Made by a program: the position numbers and the translations under genes. A stretch of DNA of 64,000 bases from contig CBDCWI010000002.1 in NCBI GenBank assembly GCA_965223325.1, positions 1,280,001 to 1,344,000 of the forward strand, read 5' to 3'. Numbering within the stretch: the first letter of the stretch is position 1; each line of letters opens with the position of its first letter. Source of the stretch: Candidatus Multivoradales bacterium. Lineage in GTDB: Bacteria > Acidobacteriota > Thermoanaerobaculia > Multivoradales > Multivoraceae. The notes under the pieces were generated by a model that saw only the letters and a list, made by a program, of their open reading frames with translations, was not told the DNA's origin and searched no databases. Below are positions 47,693 to 57,759 of the stretch, in pieces.

Positions 47693-48097
47693 TCATGGAA
47701 CGGCGCAGTCGTCGAGCAGCGGAACGCCTTCGCTGATGATTCCGTCGCGGGCGTAGAAGCCGCTGGCACGCGGCACAATTCCGACCGAGAGTTGGGGCTC
47801 GCACCAGACGACCATGCGATCCGCACGCCCCCGTTGACCATCGGGGTCACCAGCCAACCCATCCCAGGCATCGGGCGAATAGAGCACGCAGGGTGCGGCG
47901 GTCTCCTGGCAGTCACGCTCGAGCCGCGCTACCAGCGCGCGGCTCGAAAGCGCCCGCATCACCCAGGTGCTGCTCTCACGCAGTGCACTGACCTCGCGCA
48001 TCTGCCGCGCCTTCTCGACTTCCGCCCTGGCCAGCAACCAGATCGCCGGCACCAGAGTAAACACCAGCACCGGCGTCAACCAACGGCGCCAGAACAC
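47693..48097 (-). CDS. hypothetical protein with N-terminal TM segment
   Basis: Fills the gap between genes; start uncertain. Confidence 0.35.
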   Translation of the reverse strand: MFWRRWLTPVLVFTLVPAIWLLARAEVEKARQMREVSALRESSTWVMRALSSRALVARLERDCQETAAPCVLYSPDAWDGLAGDPDGQRGRADRMVVWCEPQLSVGIVPRASGFYARDGIISEGVPLLDDCAVP

Positions 48098-48155
48098 ACC
48101 TCGCGTTCTACTCAAGCGGTTCCTCGACCTCTCGTGCCTCGCCCTTGCTCCTTGG

Positions 48156-49754
48156 CTACTGCGAAGCCCGCTCCATGCCGGCAAGCGACACGACGTTCTT
48201 GGGATAGATCGCGAGATCCTCCGCGAATCTCTTCGCGGCATCATCAGAGCGACCCGCAGCGAGCAGCGTCTCGCCCAGAATCTGCCGCACCGGAATCGGC
48301 CAGGGGGGTGGCTCGTCGTAAACCAGCGCGTCTTCGAACTCGACCGCCTTCTCGAGGTGACCAATGGCACTCTTCATGTCGCCGTCTGCCGCCGCCAGAC
48401 GGCCTGCGAGGACGCGGTGACCGATCTCAACGATGCGGCGTACTGAGTTGAGACCCCAGATCGAGGTCTCTTCGAGGGAGGTATCGGCAGCGATTCGAGA
48501 AACTGCGACCAGCTCCTCGCGCGCCGCCGCCTGCTCTCCGGTCGCCTGAAGCGCCAGGCCTCGCGCTGTGTGCCAGATGGCTCTCGGGAACGCCAACTCG
48601 GTTCCCGGATCCTTCTGGGCGAGGATCTCGTTCCAGCGCTCGAAGCGAATCTTCTCGAACAGATGCGCCGAATAGTAGAGCTGCAAGGCACCCGCTCCCG
48701 GATCGGCCATGCTGTCCTTGTCGACCTGATCTCGAATGTGTGCCATGGCCGGTGCCGAAAGCGACTGCTCACCCGAGAACATCGCCGCCACCGCCAGCAT
48801 GTGGTGGTTGTGCAACATGTAGGTGAAGTACTCGGGTGGCACCGGGTGTTTGGCGGCGTAGTTGTCATCGTCTTTGATGGCCCGCTGGTTGACGCGAATC
48901 GCGTCGTCGTAGCGCCCCAGCCGAATGTAGATGTGCGAGGCCATGTGAACGAGATGACCCGTCGCCTGCTCGCCATCGGCCAGTCGATCGGCCGCCGGTT
49001 CGCCGAGGTCGGGACGCACCTTTTCGACCGCGTGAATCAAGAGGTGGTTGGCGCCCGGGTGCGCCTCATCACGCTCGAGCACTGAGGTCAGAAGCTCCAG
49101 AAACTCGGTGGTCACAGGGCGGGGTTCACCGTCATCTGTCCAGTAGTCCCAGGCGGTGGTGTCCATCAACGACTCAGCGAACAGGGTCGCGATCGTGAGG
49201 TTGTCGGGGTAGGCACGGGCCACGCGTCGCATGGCGCGCGCGTAGGCCTGGTCGCGTGCGGAACGGTCTTCGAGCGGGGCGTCGCCATAGCGCGCCTCGA
49301 GAGCACCGATCAGGGCCTGTTCACGTTCGGTGGTCTTGGGTGCCCTCTCGACGGCTTTCGCCAGGGCGGTGCGCAGCGCATCGTGGTGGACGAGATCGAG
49401 GCGATCGTTGATGTTGGGGCCGAGCACCAGCGCCTTGCCCCACGCACACATCGCGCATTGCGGATCTTCGGTCAGTGCGCGATCGAAACTCCGAGCTGCT
49501 TCGATGTGGTTGAAGCCCCAGGCTTCGTACAAACCCGCTTCGAAGTGTTTCTGCGCCGCCGGCGCAGTAGTCGTGATCTCGAAGTCGATCTGGTGGTCGC
49601 CGTGGTCGTGACCGCCGTCCGCCCGCAGTGGCGGCAGCACACCGAGCGAAATGAGGGCCAGAACGATGAACTGAACAACGACGAAGAGAAAGGTCCTCAC
49701 CGGTGAACCGGTTGGGTGGACCGCGACCGGGCGTGGTGGTGTAGAGATTCGCAT
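48156..49754 (-). CDS. exported tetratricopeptide-repeat protein
   Basis: Signal peptide, AQ..F..G....WGFNH.EA, CAMCAWG, HPGA.H..IHAVE, HL.HM.SHIY.R.G.Y. Confidence 0.75.
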   Translation of the reverse strand: MRISTPPRPVAVHPTGSPVRTFLFVVVQFIVLALISLGVLPPLRADGGHDHGDHQIDFEITTTAPAAQKHFEAGLYEAWGFNHIEAARSFDRALTEDPQCAMCAWGKALVLGPNINDRLDLVHHDALRTALAKAVERAPKTTEREQALIGALEARYGDAPLEDRSARDQAYARAMRRVARAYPDNLTIATLFAESLMDTTAWDYWTDDGEPRPVTTEFLELLTSVLERDEAHPGANHLLIHAVEKVRPDLGEPAADRLADGEQATGHLVHMASHIYIRLGRYDDAIRVNQRAIKDDDNYAAKHPVPPEYFTYMLHNHHMLAVAAMFSGEQSLSAPAMAHIRDQVDKDSMADPGAGALQLYYSAHLFEKIRFERWNEILAQKDPGTELAFPRAIWHTARGLALQATGEQAAAREELVAVSRIAADTSLEETSIWGLNSVRRIVEIGHRVLAGRLAAADGDMKSAIGHLEKAVEFEDALVYDEPPPWPIPVRQILGETLLAAGRSDDAAKRFAEDLAIYPKNVVSLAGMERASQ

Positions 49755-49953
49755 GGAATAGACCTCCTTGGAGACGAGCACTGAGGGGCTCATTGGGGGA
49801 CTGCCGGAATGCCCGCCGAGCGGCCCGGCATCGTGCACTCCTGGTAACGCACCCGGGAATCAGATCCCGCCACTCCGCTACAGTACAGGGCCCGCGCCGA
49901 GACCCGAGAACCGTATCGACCGGACGGCTCCCGCGCCGCCCGCAGGAGAACCC

Positions 49954-50433
49954 ATGCCCGAAGAGCTCTCTCCCAACAGCGAACGATGGTGGACGATCTA
50001 CCTCGCCGGCGAGATCCACAGCGACTGGCGCGAGGTGATCGAGCGCGGCACAACCGAGCTCGGTCTCCCGGTCCAGTTCACTGCCCCCAACACCAACCAC
50101 GCCGCCAGCGACGACTGCGGCGAGGCGATTCTCGGCAAGGAAGAGAGCGCCTTCTGGCGCGATCACAAGGGCGCCAAGCTCAACGCAATACGCACCCGAA
50201 CCCTGATCGGCGACGCCGATCTGGTGGTGGTGCGTTTCGGAGAGAAGTACAAACAGTGGAACGCCGCCTTTGACGCCGGCCTGGCAGTGGCCCAGGGCAT
50301 TCCGCTGGTCGTGCTGCACCCCGAAGAGCACACCCACGCTCTCAAGGAGATCGACGGTGCCGCCCTGGCGGTGGCGGGAGAACCGGAGCAGGTCGTCGCC
50401 ATCCTGCGCTACGTGATCCGGGGAGAACTCTAG
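49954..50433 (+). CDS. YtoQ family protein
   Basis: YLAGEIHSDWR, SDDCG, RFGEKYKQWNAAFDAG, HALKE. Confidence 0.85.
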   Translation: MPEELSPNSERWWTIYLAGEIHSDWREVIERGTTELGLPVQFTAPNTNHAASDDCGEAILGKEESAFWRDHKGAKLNAIRTRTLIGDADLVVVRFGEKYKQWNAAFDAGLAVAQGIPLVVLHPEEHTHALKEIDGAALAVAGEPEQVVAILRYVIRGEL

Positions 50434-50613
50434 TACCCCGTACCATTGAAACGCACAGCGTCTGCGCGGTCCTCGCGCTCGATCTCTGTGTTGTCACTCC
50501 TCGACAGATCACTGCATCGAGGCGACCGCCGATCCGATCGAGATTCGGCAACTCGTGGCGCAAGGCTCGAGGAACAAGCGCCAAACGATCAGTGGCCGGT
50601 AGGGCCAGATTCC

Positions 50614-52191
50614 CTAGCGGTGCATCATGCGGCGCCCGGCACCTACCGCCTCGGCCCAGGCTCCGGCGCCGTTCTCGAACCCATCCGAGAACAAGAGCCC
50701 ACATCGGCCGACTCCGATCTCGTCGGGGTGAAACGACTCCCACTCGCCGAGATGACGCTCGGCGTTGTTCCAGGCGAACAAGCGACGCCCGGGATCGACG
50801 TCGTAGACGTTGTTCGAGAAGCGGTTGTTCTTGCAGCAGAAGTACGAAGCGTCGCCGACGTCCTGCAGCATGGCCGATGCAAAGCCGTTGTTGGGCTGAC
50901 GTACGCAGTTGTTGTGCACGTTGAGGTCTGAGATCTCGTAGACACCCAGGGGACCCGAACCACGCGCCTGGGTCATGGCGGTAATGCCATCAGCGTTGTC
51001 GAGCACTTCGTTGTGATGGATCTCGACGCCGCGCGAGGACGACACCGCGATCCCTGCTCCCCAGCCCCAGTCGGGGTGCGCAAACCCGTTGCGCATGACG
51101 ACGTTGTGGTCGAACTCGGCGTTGTAGCTGATCTCGTGGTAGATGCCGGGACGGGTGTTGTCAGTGATCAGGTTGTGGTGAAAGTGCACGTTGACGTTCA
51201 CTTCGTCGGTCCACAGACCCGGACCGAAGTTGTGGTGCACGTAGTTGTAGGCCGCCTCGAGGCGCTCACTACCCGTGAACTTCGTGGCACCGCCCTCCCA
51301 GTCGACCTTGTAGCCCGCCAGGTTGTTGTAGGCGATCTCGTTGTTGAGGATGCGGATGTCGTTGCCGCGCCCGCCGATGCCCTTCTGGCCGTTGTGGTGG
51401 ACGTAGTTGCCATCGACCAGTGAGTTGTGGACTGCGCGGATGCCGGTGCCGTGGTTCAGTCGCACCTCGTTGTTGATGATCTTCCAGCGCAGGCCGAGCG
51501 AGTCATTGAAATCGTTGTTCTTCTGCGCGTCGATGGCACCCCACTGCGCGTGGTTCGAGTACTTCTCGACCACCAGATCGCGAATCTCGACGTCGTCAGC
51601 AGGACCGTAGAAGGCGCGCTGGGTGACCGAAGCCTCCACGACCCTCACCGAAGGATCGGTACCGATGTAGATGCGGTCGGCACCGTAGTCGAAGTAGAAG
51701 GAACTCGGACCGACCTGTGACAGCGACCCGACCTGCTCGAGCGTCACGTCGTCGATGAAAACGTCTTCCGGTCGATTGCACATCCCTCGCCCGGGGTCGC
51801 AGGTTCCGAAGCTACCCTGCTCCTGGGTCTGGCCGGTGGCGTACCAGACGTCTCCCTGGCGCGTCCAATGCGGCAGGTGGCGCGAACCGTTGATTACCGA
51901 AAGGCGTTCGCGATTCGGCCCCAGAGTGCCGCGGAACTTCTGACGGTTCTTCGGTTGAATCGAGTACAACCGGTAGGTCCCCGGCGCGAAGCGGAACGAC
52001 TCACCTTCCGGCGCCGCCTGGACGATCGCCTGGATGTCGTCGCCTGGGTGAACGACGATCTCAGAAGCAGCAGCGGTCGCAAGACCCAGGGCGCCGAGAC
52101 CAGAAAACAGGACCACAAGCCCCGGGCAGCGACCGCGAGGCGCTTTTCGTGTGAACGCAGAACGGGCGTTACCCCAGATTTCTCGAAGCAT
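50614..52191 (-). CDS. secreted right-handed parallel beta-helix protein
   Basis: Signal peptide, PbH1-like Asn ladders (VHHNG, IAYNN, GPGLWTD, GIYHEIS), C-terminal LFSDGFENG..AW; start uncertain. Confidence 0.8.
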   Translation of the reverse strand: MLREIWGNARSAFTRKAPRGRCPGLVVLFSGLGALGLATAAASEIVVHPGDDIQAIVQAAPEGESFRFAPGTYRLYSIQPKNRQKFRGTLGPNRERLSVINGSRHLPHWTRQGDVWYATGQTQEQGSFGTCDPGRGMCNRPEDVFIDDVTLEQVGSLSQVGPSSFYFDYGADRIYIGTDPSVRVVEASVTQRAFYGPADDVEIRDLVVEKYSNHAQWGAIDAQKNNDFNDSLGLRWKIINNEVRLNHGTGIRAVHNSLVDGNYVHHNGQKGIGGRGNDIRILNNEIAYNNLAGYKVDWEGGATKFTGSERLEAAYNYVHHNFGPGLWTDEVNVNVHFHHNLITDNTRPGIYHEISYNAEFDHNVVMRNGFAHPDWGWGAGIAVSSSRGVEIHHNEVLDNADGITAMTQARGSGPLGVYEISDLNVHNNCVRQPNNGFASAMLQDVGDASYFCCKNNRFSNNVYDVDPGRRLFAWNNAERHLGEWESFHPDEIGVGRCGLLFSDGFENGAGAWAEAVGAGRRMMHR

Positions 52192-52358
52192 CAGCAGACT
52201 CCTACAGGACCCGGAACCGGTCCCCACATCCCATGGAAACTTCAGGCGGCGAATAGAAAGCCCCTGAAACCAGAAAACATCGTCGCGCGATGAGCGACAA
52301 GTGTAACCTATCGCATCGAGACATGCACAAACCAATATTTCAACACGCTTTCGCCCCA

Positions 52359-53966
52359 TCACCAGGTCGCAGAACGGCGGCCAAGAGCGCTGCTCCAGCC
52401 TCTGAACCCACTCTCGAAGCTGTCGAAGAAGAGCATCTCCGGCCCCGGCGCGAAGGAGCAGGCAGCGCCGATGATCGCATCGCTGGGGTGGTAGGAGATC
52501 CAGCTTCCCTGCCGCCTTTCGCCGTTGTTCCAGACAAAGAAATTCGGACCAGCGTCGGGCACGTCGTAGGTGTTGTTCTCGAAACGGTTGCCCAGCGCGT
52601 TGAAGATCGACAGGTCCGCGATGTCCTGTAGGGCACCGGCTGCCCATCCCTTGCTCTGGCGGACGCAGTTCTCATGCACCCAGAGATCACGCACCTCGTA
52701 CTTGCCGCGTGGCCCACTTCCGCGAGCCTGCTGAATGGCGATGATGCCGTCGGCGTTGTCGAGGACCTTGTTGTAGCGCACCTCGACGCCACTCGATGCC
52801 GCAACCAGGATCCCGGCGCCCCAACCCCAGACGTCGAAGCCGAAGCCGTTGCCGACCACGGTGTTGTACTCGATCAGCGCATCGAAACTGATCTCGTGGT
52901 AGATGCCGATCTTGTCGTTGTTGGCGACCAGGTTGTGGTGGTGATGGGCATCCTGGTTGTCGATGTCTGTCCAGATGCCCGGACCATAGTTGTCGTGCAC
53001 GTGGTTGTAGGCCACTTCGAGGGCGCTGGTGTACGCGAACTTGGTGCCGCCGGCTTCCCAATTGACGGTAAAGCCGGTGGTGTTGTTCCAGGCGATGTCG
53101 TTGGCGAGCACCTTGATGCGCGCCCCGTTGCCGGCAATGCCGAGCTGGCCGTTGTGATGTACGAAGCTGTTGCGCGCCGTGCCGAAGTCGTTGAGCCGGA
53201 TACCGGCGCCGTGGTTGTAGCGCGCCTCGACGTTCTCGACCAGCCAGCGCAGGCCACGCGGACTCGTCGTCCGGTCGTTGTGGAACTGGGCGTCGATGGC
53301 GCCGTGTTGCGCGTGGTTCGCGTACTTCTCGACCACCAGGTCACGAACCACCACATCATCCGCGGGGCCGATGATTGCCCGGTCTGTCAAGGTGGTTTCG
53401 ATGACCCGGCCGCCAGGGTCTGTACCGATCCAGATGCGGTCGGCGCCGTAGTCGAAGTAGAAGGTCCCGGCGTTGACCTCGCCGAGCGACCCGACCTGCT
53501 GCAGCAGCTGATTGTCGATGTAGACGTCCTCGGGATGACCGCACAACGGGCTTTCACTCACGCAGGCTCCGTGCGCCCCGCGGTCCTGCGTCTGGCCATC
53601 GGCAAACCAACGGTCGCCATCTCTGGTCCATGAACTCAGGCGCCGGGCGCCAGTGAGGACCGTCAGGCGTTCGCCATTCGGACCGAGAGTTCCCGCCCAC
53701 ACCTGGCCATCGCGTGGCCGCACCGTCTGCTGCACGTAGATACCGGGTCGCAAGCGAAAGTGCGTTCCCTCGGCGTAGGTCTGGGCGGCAGCGTTCAGAT
53801 CATCGCCCGGCGAGAGCACGACCTCCGCCATCGTCGGCGGTGCACAGAGGAGTGCCAGTCCTGAGATCAAAGCTAGTCTCGGCGCCCCTCTTCTCTGGCG
53901 TTGCCGTCTTGTCGTCCGTCGCTCGCTCCACGCCGGCGGCCGACTACCCCAAATGGTCGTCATCAA
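52359..53966 (-). CDS. secreted right-handed parallel beta-helix protein (paralog)
   Basis: Same motifs (FYFDYGADRI, EKY.NHAQ.GAIDAQ, GIYHEIS); C-terminal LFFDSFESG..GWSS. Confidence 0.8.
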   Translation of the reverse strand: MMTTIWGSRPPAWSERRTTRRQRQRRGAPRLALISGLALLCAPPTMAEVVLSPGDDLNAAAQTYAEGTHFRLRPGIYVQQTVRPRDGQVWAGTLGPNGERLTVLTGARRLSSWTRDGDRWFADGQTQDRGAHGACVSESPLCGHPEDVYIDNQLLQQVGSLGEVNAGTFYFDYGADRIWIGTDPGGRVIETTLTDRAIIGPADDVVVRDLVVEKYANHAQHGAIDAQFHNDRTTSPRGLRWLVENVEARYNHGAGIRLNDFGTARNSFVHHNGQLGIAGNGARIKVLANDIAWNNTTGFTVNWEAGGTKFAYTSALEVAYNHVHDNYGPGIWTDIDNQDAHHHHNLVANNDKIGIYHEISFDALIEYNTVVGNGFGFDVWGWGAGILVAASSGVEVRYNKVLDNADGIIAIQQARGSGPRGKYEVRDLWVHENCVRQSKGWAAGALQDIADLSIFNALGNRFENNTYDVPDAGPNFFVWNNGERRQGSWISYHPSDAIIGAACSFAPGPEMLFFDSFESGFRGWSSALGRRSATW

Positions 53967-54291
53967 GACTCTCCTGAAACGAAAGGAAGGGAAGAAAAGA
54001 TCAGCGCAGAGAGCAGGGAGTCAGAACGACTCGGGGGGTGGGCGAGAAGCAGGTTCTGCCTCTTCCAGCTGAGTAGACATATTCTAATCAATCTATTTTA
54101 GAGCTGTCCACACCCCTCTCAATACAAAGATTTCTACTTTTCGCGCTGCACCCCTCGGTTATCCCAGCAAGGCGGCTAGACAGTGCCCTGGGCAAGGCGC
54201 CTGGCGCTACCATGAGCACCGCCGCCTCGTCCCAGAAACCCCCGCCGTCCGCGCCTCGAGAACCGCGCGGATCGCAATAAAGGAGCACACC

Positions 54292-57200
54292 TTGCTGCCT
54301 CTTTCCTCGCCCGAACGTCTCGTTGCACTCTCTGACCGCTCCTGGCTCTTCGTCGGCCATCTCGCGCTGGCCTTCGTCGCCGCCATCGGGAGCCCGGCAA
54401 GCGTTGGAGCGCAAGAAGAGGACACGCCGACCTGGAGCGTCGCGGCACCGCCGGACGCTCCGACCTACGAGGCGGAAATCGATGTCACCGAGGGGACCTG
54501 GATGTCGGTCGACGTCCACCCGGGCGGCCAGCATCTGGTCTTCGACCTGCTCGGTGACCTCTACCTGCTGCCGATCGAAGGCGGCGACGCCCAGGCTCTG
54601 ACCACCGGACTGGCGTGGGACTTCCAGCCGCGCTTCAGTCCTGACGGCCGGGAGGTCGCCTTCACCAGCGACCGCGACGGCGGCGACAACCTATGGGTCC
54701 TTGACCTCGGCGATGCCCTTCAGGGAGGCGATGTCGGCGAGGCACGCCAGATCAGCAAGGAGGACTTCCGGTTGGTCAACTCGCCAGCCTGGAGCCCCGA
54801 CGGTCGCTACCTGGTGGGCCGCAAGCACTTCACCTCGACGCGCTCGCTCGGTGCCGGCGAGATCTGGATGTGGCACGCGAGTGGCGAGGGCAGCGGCCTG
54901 CAACTCAACGAACGTCCCAACGACCAGAAGGACCTCGGCGAACCGTCCTTCTCGCCCGACGGACGCTACGTCTATTTCAGCCGCGACTCGACACCCGGCG
55001 GCACCTTCCAGTACAGCAAAGACTCGAATGGCGAGATCTACACCATCCGTCGCATCGATCGAACGACCGGCGAAATCGACGTCGTCTTGCGCGGGCCAGG
55101 CGGCGCGGTGCGCCCGACGCCTTCTCCCGACGGTCGCTGGCTGGCGTTCGTGCGCCGCGAGCGTTTCCAGAGCAAGCTCTTCGTTCACGACCTGGTAAGC
55201 GGTGCGAACCATCTCGTCTACGACCGGCTCGACCGAGACATGCAGGAGATCTGGGCGATCCATGGTGTCTATCCGGCCCTCGCCTGGACACCCGATTCCG
55301 ATGCGCTGATCTTCTGGGCCAATGGTGGGATCCATCGCGTCGCGCGAACTGGAGGCGAGGCCGAAACGGTTCCCTTCCGCGTCCGGGCGACCCGCACACT
55401 CACCGAAGCCCTGCGCTATACGGTCGACCCGGCGCCCGAGAAGCAACACACCAACGCCCTGCGCTGGCTGCAGGTCTCCCCCGACGGCAAGCGCCTGGTG
55501 TTCGAAGCGCTCGGCAAGCTATGGACTCGCGAACGGCCTTCAGACTCCACCCCGTGGGGCGAGGCGCGGCGCCTGACCTCCCAGAACGATCACTTCGAGC
55601 TCTACCCCGAGTTCTCTCGCGACAGTTCACAGATCGTCTATGTCACCTGGGACGACGAAGAGTTCGGCAGCATACGACTCGTCGCCTCGACCGGCGGCAC
55701 CGGGCGCACTCTCACTGAGACCCCCGGCCACTGGGTCGAGCCGACCCTGTCGCCCGACGGCACCACGGTCGTAGCGCGTAAGATCGGTGGTGGCCGACTG
55801 CGGAGTCCCCTGTGGTCGAAAGAACCGGGACTGTGGGTGGTTCCGGTCACCGGCGGCGGCGCGTCGCGCCGCTTGCGTACCTCGGGTCTTAGGCCGCACT
55901 TCGGTGCCACCAACGATCGGGTCTTCTTCATCGACATCGAGAGTTGGGACTCTCGTTTCCTACGCAGTACTCCGCTCGCAGGCATCACACCCTCAGAAGG
56001 CGAACGCACCCACGCCACAAGCAAGATCGCCACCGAGATGCGGGTCTCTCCAACCGGCGAATGGCTCGCCTTCGTCGAAGGGTTCAAAGCATTCGTCGCG
56101 CCGTTCCCAGACGCTGCGAAGGCGATCGCGATCGGCCCGAAAATGAGTGCCCTGCCAGTTACCGAAGTTTCTGCCGACGCTGGCGAGGCGGTTCACTGGT
56201 CGGGCGATGCAGAGACCCTCTACTGGGCCCGCGGGCCGGAGCTTTTCGAGCGCGCCTTGAACACCGCGTTCACTTTCCTCGCCGACAGGCCCGACGAGCT
56301 TCCCAGCGACGCTCCTTCAGGAACCGACGTCGGCTTCGATTTCACCCCCCTCCGGCCCGGTTCAGACTCTTTACTTGCCATCGTCGGTGCGCGCCTGGTG
56401 ACGATGGCCGGCGAGGCCCACGACGAGGTGATCGAAGACGGCACGATCCTGGTGCGCAACGACCGGATCGTCGCGGTTGGCGCGCGCTCGGCAATCGACG
56501 TCCCGCCCGAGGCGCATCGACTCGATGGAGCGGGAAAGACCGTGATCCCCGGCCTGCTCGATGCCCACTACCACGGCGCACAGGGAAGTTCTGAGATCGT
56601 GCCCGAGACCAACTGGAACAATCTCGCAGCACTGGCCTTCGGGGTGACCACGGTGCACGATCCGTCGAACGACACCAGCACCTTCTTCGCCGCCAGCGAG
56701 CTGCAGCGGGCCGGCGAGATCACCGCACCGCGGCTGTTTTCGACCGGCACCATCCTCTATGGCGCCGCAGGCGACTTCAAAGCCGATATCCAGACCCTCG
56801 ACGACGCCCGTTCTCACCTCCGGCGCCTGCAGGCGGCCGGCGCCTTCTCGGTCAAGAGCTACAACCAACCGCGGCGCGACCAGCGACAGAAGATCGTCAA
56901 GGCGGCGCGGGAGCTCGAGATGATGGTGGTCAACGAAGGCGGCGCCACCTTCCAACACAACATGACCATGATCGCCGACGGTCATACCGGCATCGAACAC
57001 TCGCTCGCCGTCGGTGCGATCTACGATGACGTCCTGCAGTACTGGGGTCAGAGTGCGGTAGGCAACACCCCAACCCTGGGCGTCGCGTTCGGCGGCATCG
57101 AGGGCGAGCGCTATTGGTATCAGCACACTAAGGTGTGGGACAACGAGCGCCTGCTGGCCTTTGTGCCCCGTGCCCGGGTTGATGCGCGCGCCCGTCGACC

Positions 57201-57624
57201 GACCATGGCCCCCGAGGAGGAGTACAACCACATTCTGGCCGCTCGGGTCGTCAAGCAACTGCACGACGCCGGTGTCGGCATCCAGGTCGGGGCGCACGGC
57301 CAACGCGAAGGTCTGGCCGCCCACTGGGAGATGTGGATGTTCGAACAGGGCGGCATGACGCCTCTCGAAGCGTTGCGTGCCGGCACCTGGAACGGCGCCA
57401 AGCACCTCGGGCTCGACGGCGACCTCGGATCGATCGAAGTAGGAAAGCTCGCCGACCTGGCGATCATCGATTGCAATCCGCTCGCGGACCTGCGCTGTTC
57501 GATCAACGTTTCGCACGTGGTGCTCGGTGGCCGGCTCTACAATGCCAGCGATATGGCCCAGATCGCGCCATCGGTCGAAGCCGCGCCAAGGCTCTGGTTC
57601 CACGACGAGCGGGCGACCGACTGA
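54292..57624 (+). CDS. exported amidohydrolase with N-terminal TolB-like (PD40) beta-propeller repeats
   Basis: Repeated P.FSPDG motifs; PGLLDAHYH, GVTTVHDP, KSYNQPRR.QRQ, GAHGQ, GSIEVGKLADL. Confidence 0.88.
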   Translation: MLPLSSPERLVALSDRSWLFVGHLALAFVAAIGSPASVGAQEEDTPTWSVAAPPDAPTYEAEIDVTEGTWMSVDVHPGGQHLVFDLLGDLYLLPIEGGDAQALTTGLAWDFQPRFSPDGREVAFTSDRDGGDNLWVLDLGDALQGGDVGEARQISKEDFRLVNSPAWSPDGRYLVGRKHFTSTRSLGAGEIWMWHASGEGSGLQLNERPNDQKDLGEPSFSPDGRYVYFSRDSTPGGTFQYSKDSNGEIYTIRRIDRTTGEIDVVLRGPGGAVRPTPSPDGRWLAFVRRERFQSKLFVHDLVSGANHLVYDRLDRDMQEIWAIHGVYPALAWTPDSDALIFWANGGIHRVARTGGEAETVPFRVRATRTLTEALRYTVDPAPEKQHTNALRWLQVSPDGKRLVFEALGKLWTRERPSDSTPWGEARRLTSQNDHFELYPEFSRDSSQIVYVTWDDEEFGSIRLVASTGGTGRTLTETPGHWVEPTLSPDGTTVVARKIGGGRLRSPLWSKEPGLWVVPVTGGGASRRLRTSGLRPHFGATNDRVFFIDIESWDSRFLRSTPLAGITPSEGERTHATSKIATEMRVSPTGEWLAFVEGFKAFVAPFPDAAKAIAIGPKMSALPVTEVSADAGEAVHWSGDAETLYWARGPELFERALNTAFTFLADRPDELPSDAPSGTDVGFDFTPLRPGSDSLLAIVGARLVTMAGEAHDEVIEDGTILVRNDRIVAVGARSAIDVPPEAHRLDGAGKTVIPGLLDAHYHGAQGSSEIVPETNWNNLAALAFGVTTVHDPSNDTSTFFAASELQRAGEITAPRLFSTGTILYGAAGDFKADIQTLDDARSHLRRLQAAGAFSVKSYNQPRRDQRQKIVKAARELEMMVVNEGGATFQHNMTMIADGHTGIEHSLAVGAIYDDVLQYWGQSAVGNTPTLGVAFGGIEGERYWYQHTKVWDNERLLAFVPRARVDARARRPTMAPEEEYNHILAARVVKQLHDAGVGIQVGAHGQREGLAAHWEMWMFEQGGMTPLEALRAGTWNGAKHLGLDGDLGSIEVGKLADLAIIDCNPLADLRCSINVSHVVLGGRLYNASDMAQIAPSVEAAPRLWFHDERATD

Positions 57625-57759
57625 CCGGCCAAGACCAGGGGGGCAAAGGGGGCAATGAGGGAACGGGGCGGTCTGCCCGGCGTTGTTCTTTCAACAGCCC
57701 CTAGAACTCATACAGCCGCTGCTGCAACTCGGACACCACGGAAGCCTCCGGAGAAACCT

